A stretch of 64,000 nucleotides of DNA from Calcarisporiella thermophila CBS 279.70 (taxonomy: Eukaryota > Fungi > Calcarisporiellomycota). Positions 13,854 to 25,242 of the stretch are shown one piece after another. Numbering within the stretch: the stretch's first letter is position 1; every line of letters starts with the position of its first letter. The translations under genes and the position numbers were made by a program. The notes under the pieces were generated by a model. It worked only from the letters and a program-made list of their open reading frames with translations, was not told the origin of the DNA and did not search any database. Where the stretch lies: NCBI RefSeq assembly GCF_041956535.1, contig NW_027192208.1, positions 568,492-632,491 of the forward strand, written 5' to 3'.

Positions 13854-16502
13854 TTAGTTTTGGTTTTTAATTTTCAAAAATGAATATAGGATATCTTTCC
13901 GAGGAAAAGTTTCTTTGCCCACCGGATTGCCATTAATATCATAATAGTTGGTATTGTATACCTCTTTCGGGAACATTTCTCCTTCAGATTCGCACAAATA
14001 GCCCAATGCATTCTGCAGATTGGTGCCGAACGAAAAGGATTTATAGTTGGAAATAAACAAGTATATCGCAGAATCTGGAGAGGAGGTAGCAGAAGATGAA
14101 TGGCCCCACACTAGAGTTGAGTTACGACGAAGTGAAATATAAAGATGGAGATGCGGCGGCGTATTTCCATTGAACCAACTTGAAAGTTTAAACTCCATCT
14201 TTTTGGCACAGTCTTTCATGTTACTGGGATCATCTCTTTCGCGATTTTTCACCTGGATTGCAATGCATGTATAATTCCCATCGCGAAATCGAACCGGAAT
14301 CAAAAGATCTATTGCCTCACTATTTTTGGGGAGGGTGATAGCTGCTCTTCGTTTCCAACAGGTTTTGAATAAATCAACCCCAATATCACATTCGGATAGC
14401 TTTTCGTAGATGTTAAGAAAATGATTGAAGGCTACCTCTGCTTCACAAAATGAGCCAAGTATTTGGCGCAGGGTGGCTGTATCTTTCACCAATTCGCACG
14501 GATTATTATTAATTACAGGCGGCTGACTAAGATAAAATAGACAAGGTAAAATTGTGGTGCATCTTCTATTCATAAGCTTTAGAGTTACCTTCCGCCAATA
14601 TCCTGCACTTTAGAAATGCATTCATATTCGTCCGATAATAGTGATGATAAGAATAGTTCCACTGAAACCTGGTTACCAAATATCGATTTGCTAGCTAATT
14701 GCATTGCGCGTAAAAGAGCGATGCGAACTGCTGTTTCGCCACACTCTCCTCCGTGAGCAATTCCTCGATGCACAACATCTACCAAAATATTCACAGAGTC
14801 TGCCCATTGCTTATCATCATCAAGACTAGCAAGTGCTCCTGCTGCAAGAAATGGCTCCGATGGGTATACGAGAAACAACTCTGTTCGGTCTGACGATATT
14901 CCTAGAGCTGTGGCCATATGATCTGCGACCAATGTCTGTGCAAATATGGCCATAGGCGAGAATCTTATTGCTGCAAGACACGCCAGCTGAGCTAAAGCTG
15001 CTAGTTTCGTATCTCCAGATGTTCCCATTAGTTTAGCTTTTGCTAATAAAACTATGTCTTTCAAATCCGAATTTTTTGATAGGAGTGCTCCAAAAAGCGG
15101 GCGACCGTACAGGGCTAGTTGCTTGGGAGTAGGATTCTCCGGCATGTTTCTGGCTAGTGCATCTGTCATTGCAACATCGAAAAAGGGCTGAAAGAGTGTA
15201 AAATCAGAATCACGAGCGGAAGAATCCAATTCAAATTTGGGAAAGAAATTATTAATTTTCCCGCTGGTACTAAGGCACACAGAGAACAATCCTTCCCAAC
15301 GAAGATAGCGAATACCACAACGCCACATACGGAATTTCTTGGAGTAATTTATTTGCGTAACTCCTTTTCTTTTCTCGAAGAGTTCATGTGCTTCATCAAG
15401 ACAACAAATGAGCTTAATATCCCCGATTCCCTTCCCAAGTCCACGTTTGTTCAGAAAAGAAGCGCTAAGAATTGCTTGTTTTGCAGCGGTTTTCGAAACT
15501 TCATCTTTGGTGTGACTAAATGAATGAATATATATATATTGAATTTATCAATATAAATGCCAGCAAATATAATATATAATATTTGCATTTAAATACTACC
15601 TTTCATATTTATCCTTAATATTATTCCAAAATTGTTCGCAAGCTGCTCGTTGTTCGATCTGCATCTTCCAAAATTCACTATGTTCTTTGTTTATCTCCTT
15701 AATTGCCTCCACCGCTGCAAGCATAATTACTGCAAACATTTGAATGTCATCTTCATTGTCCACTTCCAGTTGTTTTTAACACCCAATCGATTAGAGGGGA
15801 TGCCGAAGGGAAACCAGTTGACCCAGGGTTTCGCTTGCAAATATATAGTACATGCACATTTTTGGCGATCTGTGAAATCATTCGAGTTTTGCCATAGCCT
15901 GAACTCTGCACTAGCGATATGAAGGGAACTACTTTTTTACTAAACCGCTTCCATTCTTTATGGCACCATAGCATATATTTGATAAAACGCTCAACTGCAA
16001 AATGAGGATCCATATAATCAGTGTTGAAAGCTTGTTTTACGAACTCAAAGGGAGGTTCGTACGATTGTTCAAGTGTAAGTTTGGCTAAACATTACGCGTT
16101 GTTAATAGGAAAATTAATCAAAGTATTATGATGACCTATAATCAAATACCTTTAAGCGCATTTCTTTGACGAATTTGCAGTCTTAATTCATTTTGAAGAT
16201 TCATTAAACGATTGCGAAAATGGTCTTTCAGAGATAGATTTTCAGCACGATCCCTTGAACTGCCTTTTACAGCTTTTTCTTCAGCATCTGCGATTTCATC
16301 GATACAAAATTGTATTTTTGCTAATATGATTATATAAAGAGGGTGAATTTAGTTGTCAATTGAGTAGAATTACTAAAATACCCTTTAACGAGTTAATATT
16401 GGAGTCTAGATCGTTAATTGTAACCTGCTCAGCTGGAATTTCAGAGTTGCCTTGGATGACTTCCATTTGGACATCCTCTTCATACTCTTCATTTTTACTC
16501 AT
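13854..16502 (-). CDS. P-loop NTPase fused to a C-terminal PD-(D/E)xK (restriction-endonuclease-fold) domain, Crinkler/CR-NTPase+REase-like; multi-exon, AT-rich
   Basis: Walker A-like FISLVQSSGYGKTR; Walker B-like LICCLDEAHEL (~15380-15415); YGRPLF, YPSEPFLA and GECGE; nuclease core AIDLLIPV...CIAIQVKN. GT-AG introns join the ORFs. Putative ATG at 16502. Confidence 0.75.
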
Positions 16503-17271
16503 AGTAAATAGTATATACGAATGAACTAGATATGAAGGGAAATTTGGTAATGTAATAATTGATTCTTTTGAATATATTTTAGTTTTTCATGTAATATCGT
16601 CGTCATCTTTACTCTGATAGAGATGTGTTAAATTGCAGTCACGTATCAGTCACATTTTTCGACAAGCCTCCATTCTACACCGCGCTTCATCAGCTTGAGT
16701 TCGGTTGGTTTGCCTAGCTGCATTAAAAAATGAGCCAGATTTCTTCCTAGGCAAAATGATCCTGGAGGATTTCAAACCTCTTACCATAATATATAAACAA
16801 TAACGCGACGACAACTCGCAAATCTCTTTTCATTTTTCTCCTGAATAGGTTACCCCCAGTCCTCAAACTCTTATATGATGACGATATAGCACCTTAGCTA
16901 CGATGAATAGTTAATTTATTGTTAATTGTTTCTTACCTCATTCTCATGTCTACAAGCAACTTTTTTTTTTACGAAGAATGAGCCAAGAGTTGCAACCGTA
17001 TTCCTCGCCAAAGAGATCCCCTCTGTGCTGAGGAGCAAAACTCGTCAGGAGATAATTTGAAGCAATAAGAAAAGAGCTGAATTCGACTTGGTCGTGAAGG
17101 AATTTTCAATTTAATTCCCCCCAATCGGGTGACGTTTCAGAACCTAAATTTCTCCGGCGGGTTGAAATGAAAAATCTCCTCAAAGAAAATGCAAAGAAAA
17201 AAAAACGCACTCTGCTCTTTATTCCCTTTGCCATCGTTACTCCCTCTAATTTCACCACATTATACTACGTG

Positions 17272-18366
17272 ATGATCATGCGCAGATACCTCTTAATAGC
17301 TCTTTTTCTCTTGCTAATACAGAAATCCGCCGCCGTCAAAAACTTAGGGCAAGCGTGTGATCCCACCCCGATCTATAGCGCGGCCCTCCACTATATCGAC
17401 GACTGCGATAGCCCAATGCTAGCATGCGACCCGGGCAATCACACATGCGTCTACCGCGGATGCCGTAATACCGACTATATACCAGGCTGGATCCCGGGTG
17501 TGCCCTTTCCCATGCGATGCTCACCATCCACATCCTTCTGCCCCGATAACAACCTAAAGTGCCAGCCGCTGAAGCCCTACAACACTTCGTGTGAGCCGTC
17601 ACGGGACGACGAATGCTTTGGGACCCATTCCATCTGCCTGAACCAAGTGTGTCAACTAAAGATCCGGACCCTGGGGCAGCCTTGTGTCTTGGACGTGACC
17701 CAGTACCGGAGAACTGGATATGGCGGCGAGGCGGGCGTCGTGCAGACCATTGTGCGGGATGACTGTATGGCGGGCACCTTCTGCGCCGAAGACACCCGGG
17801 TGTGCGTGCAAGCATGGCCGTTGGGCAAAGAGTGCTCCCAGGACCGAGAATGCTTGACGGGGGCATGCGGCGAGTCGGGCCTGTGTGATGAGCCGCCAGA
17901 GACCTATCAACAAATAGGCAGCTGGGCCTATGTGCTGGTTGGCCTCGGGACCGCGGCCCTGATAGCCGCCACCATGGCCTGTCTCTGGATGCTGCACCGG
18001 CATTATCGGAAAATACGGGGCGCCAAGCGGGCGCGGTTCTTTTCAGAGCAAGAATCCTTCCGCCAAATCACTCTGCCGGGACTCGGGGAGGGGCATATCA
18101 CCCTTTCCACCCCGAATTCCCCGATGAGCGTCTCGTTTTCTGCCCGGAGTCGAAACAGCATCCTTACCGACGACGAGGACGATAGCACGCTGATCTCCTC
18201 CGTAAAGAGTCCCTCCATTATGAGCCGGTCTAGTAGCATGCACGGTGTGACCAATGGAAGTCTGCGCTCTATCTATGTACTCCCTGACGTCCAGATGGCA
18301 AACGAGGCCCAAAACTCGCGGCCGCCCAGCTCTTTTTGTCAAACGCCAAGGGAAAGCCTTTGGTGA
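17272..18366 (+). CDS. Intronless Cys-rich single-pass type I membrane protein of unknown function
   Basis: Signal-like MRRYLLIALFLLLIQKSAA; 20 Cys in the ectodomain; TM segment WAYVLVGLGTAALIAATMACLWML followed by basic HRHYRKIR; Ser-rich tail. Start is more likely 17272/17278 than 17167. Confidence 0.85.
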   Translation: MIMRRYLLIALFLLLIQKSAAVKNLGQACDPTPIYSAALHYIDDCDSPMLACDPGNHTCVYRGCRNTDYIPGWIPGVPFPMRCSPSTSFCPDNNLKCQPLKPYNTSCEPSRDDECFGTHSICLNQVCQLKIRTLGQPCVLDVTQYRRTGYGGEAGVVQTIVRDDCMAGTFCAEDTRVCVQAWPLGKECSQDRECLTGACGESGLCDEPPETYQQIGSWAYVLVGLGTAALIAATMACLWMLHRHYRKIRGAKRARFFSEQESFRQITLPGLGEGHITLSTPNSPMSVSFSARSRNSILTDDEDDSTLISSVKSPSIMSRSSSMHGVTNGSLRSIYVLPDVQMANEAQNSRPPSSFCQTPRESLW

Positions 18367-18570
18367 TGAATTTTGCAGAAAGAAAGGGATCTGGCGGAGG
18401 AGGAGGAGGGGAAACATTTTGGCTACCGTATATCCACTGGAGTCGATTGATATAATTGGATTTTTTTTTTTAATGGTTTCATATTATACTTGGTTTATTA
18501 CGCTGACTAGTAACATAGAATATTGTCCTTTTTCAATATAGCAAGAAAAAAACAATTGTTTTTACAACCA

Positions 18571-19535
18571 CTATAACCATTGATCTAATTCTTTCCACTC
18601 ATTGTCGTCCAGCTCTGACTCGGTGTACTTTTGGCGCACCTCCTGGACGCATTCCTTCAGGCTCGAAGGCACGGTTACGTTGGCATGCTGTTGTTTCAGG
18701 AAGGTGTGCAGTGTTCGAAGAGACTAAAATATAGAATAATTACAACCAACCATGAGTCATGAACCCGGGAAAACGGATGTTATTCATCGACCCAAGTTGA
18801 GTGGCTTACCTTGGCCACCAAATCCTCGTCATCTTGGAACTCCCTCAAAACACGCTCTAAGCCTACCGCCATCCCCTCCTCCCACAAGCGCGCTGATACG
18901 TTCTCCTCGTCCAGCATCACATTCTGATATAAGAACACCACTTTTCTTACCACCGAGGCCTGGCCTTCTACAAGCAGCTGCGCAAGCAAAGCCCACCCGT
19001 TACGGTCCTCGAATTCCCGGAGCGCCTCTTGGCAGTTGCGCACACTACCGCTCACGCACCCGACTGCTTTGGCTTTGACCTCTTGAGATTCATCCTCGAG
19101 GAGCGGCATCAGGGCCTCCAACCCTCCCGCTTTCAAAAATGCCTTCTGTGCCCTGGGGTTATTTTGGAGTGCACTTCCGCAACACCATGCGCCCATTGCA
19201 CGGATCTCCGGCTCCTCCGCCTGCAATTGCTTGAGCACGAGCGGCCACAGCTGCATGTTCTCAAGATTGCACGCGTTGTCGATTTGCTCAACCAATTCTT
19301 GCAGCTCTTCTAATGCAGCTAGCCGGGCATCAAAAGAGGACGAGGGCGAGGCGATGATATCTGCCGCCTCGCGCATGCGCGTGGGATCGTCCTTGCCCAA
19401 GACGGCATCGATCAACTCGCGGTTAATGGTGTAATTTGGCCGCTCAGAGGGGGGCTGTTGTGCTTGCGTGGAGAGTTGCTCGGGATCGGAGTTGGCGATG
19501 GCCCATTGTAATAAGCTCTGCATATTTCTTGACAT
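18571..19535 (-). CDS. FES1: Hsp70 nucleotide exchange factor Fes1/HspBP1 (armadillo repeats); one 3' intron
   Basis: MQSLLQWAIANS; ALEELQELVEQIDNACNLENMQLW; AWCCGSALQNNPRAQ. Last exon ends ...EWKELDQWL-TAG. Confidence 0.93.
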
Positions 19536-19885
19536 GATTTGCAAATGGGGTGGTTTTTTGTGTTGGCGAGGCGGAATGAAAATAAAATATACAACTATGA
19601 CTTTCTGTCCATGCTTCATTTTCGGCTGGACTCGAATCTTCTCGATGTTTTCGTTGTCCAACTGAGCCACCCGTTTATTAAAAAAAACAATGCCAGATAT
19701 GAATGAACACTATTAACATTATATTAGAGAGAAAATTTTGAGGGGGGTGTTGAGCGATGCCCACCCCCCAAACAGTGGAGTGAAATGCTTTACAATAAAC
19801 CAAGAAATGCAAAAAAAAAAACATTGTCAAACACTTCTAATTGATGAATCCCTTTTGATGAAAGAAACATGGATATAAAAATGGC

Positions 19886-20104
19886 TCATGCCGCCACCGC
19901 TATAGCGCATGATGGCGTGTTTGGCCGCGTCGGAGCCGGGTACGGCCAAACGTAGTTGCATGGGGTATTTGGGCGTGACGGGGCGACAGGATACGGCCCA
20001 TTATAGCTTTTGGTGGGGAAGTGTGGACGTGTGGGCGCAATAGGATAAGGGGAGTGGCCACAGGGGGTATTAGGGCGGGAGGGTGCAATTGGAAAAGGGT
20101 TCAT
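19886..20104 (-). CDS. 72-aa Pro-rich repeat micropeptide (4 x P[YF]PxAPxRPNTP-like units), C-terminus CAIAVAA
   Basis: AAA-ATG context; repeats conserved at amino-acid level with synonymous codon differences; TATA-like box upstream; paralog at 29335-29613. Confidence 0.8.
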   Translation of the reverse strand: MNPFPIAPSRPNTPCGHSPYPIAPTRPHFPTKSYNGPYPVAPSRPNTPCNYVWPYPAPTRPNTPSCAIAVAA

Positions 20105-20306
20105 TTTACACAGAATGACTACTCAGAGATGCAATGGGGTGATGAGCAAGTTGATTGGGGCAACTGGAGGCGGCCTTAAGAACAAGTGAATAGAGGTGGG
20201 TGAGGGGAGAGAAGGTTTACTACGGAAGGCCTAACGAGAAATTTACAGATAAGAAAAAATTTTCAAGAATGAAAAATCAGTAAACAGGGGGGGGGGGGAA
20301 TACGGG

Positions 20307-20314
20307 CTTATATA
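20307..20314 (-). promoter_or_regulatory. Putative TATA box (TATATAAG) of the 19886-20104 micropeptide gene
   Basis: TATATAAG on the minus strand ~200 nt upstream of the ATG, followed by a C-run and a pyrimidine-rich leader. Confidence 0.5.
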
Positions 20315-20591
20315 TTGACAGAGAAGCCATGGTGCAATCTATTCATAAAAAGACAATTGAAAAAAAAATTTTTCCCCTCTCGCTGAATCTTATGCATGTT
20401 TACTAGAGTTCATTTCACATACAGGTTTGAGAGGAAAACAATTAAAAAAAAAGTTGACATTTGCATTAATAACTTTTTTGTGGAAGCTGGAAAAGTAAAA
20501 AATAGAAAAAGGGGAATCCGTACGCAGCAACGGTCGGCCCGAGAGGGAAAAAATGGCGAAAAAAAAAAACGAGTGCCGAGGCAAGACCTGC

Positions 20592-21451
20592 TTAATACTT
20601 GTATTTTGTAGAATAGTCCTTGGGGGACACCACCAAACCCCGGCCTAGTTACAAATCATGGAGATTGGCAAGGATTAGAAAATGCACCAGCACCTTTACG
20701 TGATCCATTCTTATGGTATACGTACCTTTGCGTGCTCCCCTATACACCGTCTCTACGATGTCGATAAACTCGTTCTAGATAGCGATAAAAATAGATCAGT
20801 CCCGCCCTTATCCTTTTTTCCTCCCTTGCTGCGTTTCCACTGAGGATCCATTACCTTATCCTCGAGGGCCCAGTTAATCTTATTGTTGTTTCCGGTTCCA
20901 AGGTCAATCATGATATGCTTGTTCCGATAGAAAAACATGACGGTGCAAGGGTCATACAATTCATACATCTTGTTGAAGTCTGGCACCTCCGTGATGTCGA
21001 CCTATGAAAAGAATGGATCCATGCTGAGGATTGGCCACCCATGAGCCCCCGATCTCAATAAAGGATCATTACCAAGTAAATCACGGCAAAGTTTTTGATT
21101 TTTTCAGCGGTCCCATAGAGAATCTCGTCCATCTTCATGCAGGTAGGATCCTGAAACAGCATAAAATGAAGTTATGAGTGAGATGTGCATGGTGAAAATG
21201 AATCTCTCCGATATATACCCAATCATGGCCGAAGCGTATGACCACAACCCGATCCTCCTCCGAAAGAATGGCTTGGTCTACTTGCCAACCTAAGGTGGGG
21301 GAATCAAAAGCTCAATCAGTAACTCGAAAATGATGTCTAGGATTTCCACCCGCCTTTGCAGGAGAAATGAAACTGAATGTGAAAACAGAGGAGAAAAAAG
21401 GAGGCAAACAGCACACTTACCGTTCTCAAGATGAGGGAGAAAATAGGACAT
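20592..21451 (-). CDS. DIB1: U5 snRNP thioredoxin-like protein Dib1/Dim1 (TXNL4A); multi-exon
   Basis: MSYFLPHLEN|GWQVDQAILSEEDRVVVIRFGHDW...PDFNKMYELYDPCTVMFFYRNKHIMIDLGTGNNNKINWA...GRGLVVSPKDYSTKYKY*. Confidence 0.97.
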
Positions 21452-21985
21452 GGTGTGGTTCTAGTGAAGCGATCGATATTTTTCCAAGATTAAATGCATT
21501 TAAAACCATTGCCGTCCATACATTCTATAACCTAACCTAATACAATTTTGGCATTTAACTTCCAGTCCTGGGGATTTCCAAGACAATATCCTTAATAGCT
21601 AGCAAAGTAAATAAGGAATCCAACAAAATGAATCAAAAACAGGCGCCCTCCTAGTTATTGAGAGCATTTCCATTACTTGTTGGAATCTCGAGGGTAATAG
21701 GTTTTTGATAGGGAAGAAAGGGAGTGATAGTAGTGGCATTCTGATGTCAGAGGAAAACTCCAAGAAGGATGTGCCATGCTCGGCAACGCGTCAGATGTCC
21801 GCTTATCGTGTCAGGAACTAACCACTCCTGATACAGACGTAATCCATTCTTTTCAACATGCTTACAGAACCTCCATATTGCACAGCATCTAAGGTTTAAG
21901 CGTGAATAATTTGCGGAGAGCGCAGCGAAAAAATATCAACCTTAGGAGCATGTTATACAGAGCTTCCATTTGGGATCAAATGCCT

Positions 21986-22750
21986 TTATTCGTTTTTTTC
22001 AAAAGGACGAACAGTATCTATCAGAGTCTGGGCAAACGCCTCAAACTCTGGATCCTCTCTGGCACGATCTAATCGTCTCTCTGCATCCTCCGCTGAGGTA
22101 ATTTCACTTATCAGTTGGCAAACACGGGGGTCTTTAAGATACTGCCGAACCTTATCCGAGTGTTCTAATAACAAGAAGTTCCATCTAGCTTAGATCCAAA
22201 TAAACATAGGTAATGATGGGGAGGTAGTACCAAGCTGAGCAAGTTGCTCGTCGCTAAGAAGCGATTCGTCATCTTCAGGGATATTGAGTGGAGGGGGATC
22301 CTGCTTCGGTGGTTCTGCGCATAGAGATGAGCTAAACACCCATGGCCATCTAAAGTAGCAAAAAGAATATATACCTGGAGGTGGGGCTGGTTTCTCACAC
22401 GGATTCTCTGCGTGGGCGGGGGAGAAGAGCCATTAAATAGTTGAATACAGTGAGAATTGACTCGAGTCTGTCACGAATTTTACCTTTATGCTTTTTATAA
22501 CAAGGGAGTGAACAGCTATTTAGATTAATGATATAGGTAAATTTCCTGAACATTATGCACATGGCTTCCATGAGGAAGAAAAAAGAAAGGGAGGGGGGAG
22601 GGAATAAAAGGACATTTACTATGGTAATGTGCATATAGGACATTTATATTTCGACACATTCTCTTGACACACTCCACATGCCTTGCTTTGTAAAGACTGA
22701 GAAGCAGAAAAGGATGACCCTTCTGACGATTTGCCCGCAAGCGCATTCAT
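21986..22750 (-). CDS. HIT-type zinc finger protein (Hit1/ZNHIT3-like, box C/D snoRNP assembly); multi-exon
   Basis: CGVCQENVSKYKCPICTLPY|CSLPCYKKHK; C-terminal helical domain ...LKDPRVCQLISEI...DPEFEAFAQTLID. Confidence 0.85.
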
Positions 22751-23464
22751 TACAGCATCGATGTTAGAGAGGGAGACGACGAATGAAGATCAGAGGTGAA
22801 TAGGACGAGGAACCACCTGCGCCGGTGGCAAACAAACAAAAATAACAATACGGTGGCTTTGCTTTGCGCGGCAGCAGGTCTGCAATCTTTCTTAAACTTT
22901 GGAGTTGGATACTGCGGCCCGCTGAACATCCATTAGCGTTTTCGATCCGCAGCGGCCTTTTTAAGCAGGAATCAGGATTGGATCAAGCAATAAGAAACGG
23001 TCAGGAAATGGTTTCGAGGCTGGCCGAGGGGGCCGTGACGGAAGAGGGCGGGACGTCATTGCTTGCGTGGGCAGGCCATAGGACGCTGAGCGCAATTGCC
23101 TCCTGCTCGATTAAGGAGGAGTTGGCTCGGGAAGGAGCGACAAGGTAGCCGAAGAGGTGGGCTTGAGACCCTGGCTGCTATATTAAATAAATGAATTAGA
23201 TGAAGGGAGCGGGCAACTCCGAAAGGAGGCGTGTCACCTCTCCCTCAGAAGGGAGGCGAGCGTGGGGGGTCCCGTGGGTGCCTCATCTGTGACGTTGGCG
23301 GTGGCCTGCGGGCAAATCTTAAGGCCGCCCTTCCTCCGGGATTGCAATATGAAGAAGCCGACTCCGCACGGGTTGCGACCACGGAGAGATTAGGAAGACG
23401 AAATCAAGGTTGGCAGTGACTTTGTGCGCTCATTGGTGCGGGTTTCGGAGTAGGCCCATCTCCG

Positions 23465-23472
23465 TATATAAG
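23465..23472 (+). promoter_or_regulatory. Putative TATA box of the Sfp1-like gene
   Basis: TATATAAG ~165 nt upstream of ATG 23633, after a GC-rich promoter region. Confidence 0.5.
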
Positions 23473-23632
23473 ACCTATAGAAACGCGGCCCTAGGTTTTA
23501 TATTACACCGACCGCCGCTTCCCTCTCGTGCTCTTCTTTACCCCAGCTATACCTCCTCTCGGTGCGAGCCTTCCTTCTCTCCCATACCTCGCGTAGTCAT
23601 TCCAGCCCCAACCCAAAAGCATCTTCCCCATC

Positions 23633-24539
23633 ATGCCTTCCGCCGTGTCTGTCTTGCGTCGCTGCAGTCTTGTGTATGCCTTTGAGTAAGTAGGAAAGCA
23701 TCGAGCGGCCCCAAGCCGATGGCATCCTTACCATTTCTCCTTGTTCCTCTTTGTAAAGCACTCTTTCCCCGCTCAATTTCGAGGAGCACTCCGTGCCCGC
23801 CGACTCCTTCAATCCCCACGACCTGGAGGCTGCCTTCTTCCAGGACTCCTTCTGGTGCTGCGGAAAGCCGCTCTCCGACCTCCATGACCTCCTCCTGCAT
23901 CACGAAGACTACCATGCGCACGAGTTCGAGCTCGACTTTACCGAGGACGAGCCGGGCCAGGATTTAAAGCGCAAGCGGTCTCTCTTCGAGCAGCAGTTCT
24001 CCTTCGCCGCCAAACGCCTTGCCTTGGCGGACAAGGACGAGGCGGCCGAGATCGAGGAGAAGGTACACCCCGAGGGGGACGAGGGCGACGACCGCCAAAT
24101 CCCATGGGAGCTGGCGGTAATGGCGAGCCAGCTGGTGGCTTCCCTAAGAGAGGCCCCGCTTTCGGAAGTGGAGGAGGCTTTGTTTCAGCGGGAAGAGCTT
24201 GGCGACGACGCCGACCGCCCCTTCAAATGTCCGGTGCCCGGCTGCGATAAAGCCTACAAGAACCACAACGGGCTGAAGTATCACCACCAGCGCGGTAACT
24301 GCAACTTGAATGCATCGGGGATGGAGGACGTGAACCGCCCCTATCGGTGCAGCGTCAGCCAGTGCGGCAAAAGATACAAGGTAGGTTGCGGACGAAGAGG
24401 ACGATCAAGCCTGGGCACTCGCTGACTCTCCTTGTGTTGCTGCTTACAGAACTTGAACGGGCTCAAATACCACATTGAAAAATGCCATCTCCAATCCGTT
24501 CCTGTGCTCCGCCCGACTCAGGCCATGACCCTGAACTAA
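23633..24539 (+). CDS. SFP1: Sfp1-like C2H2 zinc-finger transcription factor; 3 exons (introns 23686-23758 and 24381-24449)
   Basis: FWCCGKPLSDLHDLLLHHEDYH; RPFKCPVPGCDKAYKNHNGLKYHHQRGNC; RPYRCSVSQCGKRYK|NLNGLKYH. The GT-AG introns restore the reading frame. Confidence 0.85.
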
Positions 24540-25242
24540 TGCATTATTTCACACCCACTCACCCCCTCAACCCCCCTATCTATATACACTTAACAACACA
24601 AGCAATCCATCCAGCATTTCAATCTGTATTCCACCCCATAATCACACTTCTTTATTTCTAATTCGGTTGGGAAGCCAAAATCGGTAGAGTGTTCTTGATG
24701 TAATTGTAGTTTCCCCTCCCAAAAATCCAAAACTCAATAAATAGACGTTGAGCAGGGAGCTTGGCCCTTAATAAAAGTAAATTCGAGTAGACAATAACCC
24801 TTTCTTGGCCAGCTTCGCTACAAAAAGTCATAGCTTCTGGGAGATGGAGTGGGTGGAAGGCAGCTCGTTTCATCTAGCTTAAGTCGAAAACTCTCGCATC
24901 GAACTCTACGTGTATTCTTAGGGGGAAAAGGTATCGGCCGACAACTTTCTAGGCAAGAGTTAAGCCTCCATGAACTAGGAAGGGTAACAGAGAAAAATAG
25001 ATCTTATTGCCTTCCTGAGTACGCCGCCATAGCAATATACGATTTCGGGAGTTGGAAAGCCCACCAAGTATCAAGCCGAGTGGCACTTCAAAAACGATAG
25101 TGGCCCCCCATTGAGATTCACCTCTTCTATCCGGGGTCGAGTAGTGGGTGGCTGAGTTTCCTCGAATCTGCTCCCTCTCAGTACAAAGCACATGATATTG
25201 AATCCACTTTTACTAGTTCCCTCCAGCGACCAATATTGAGCG

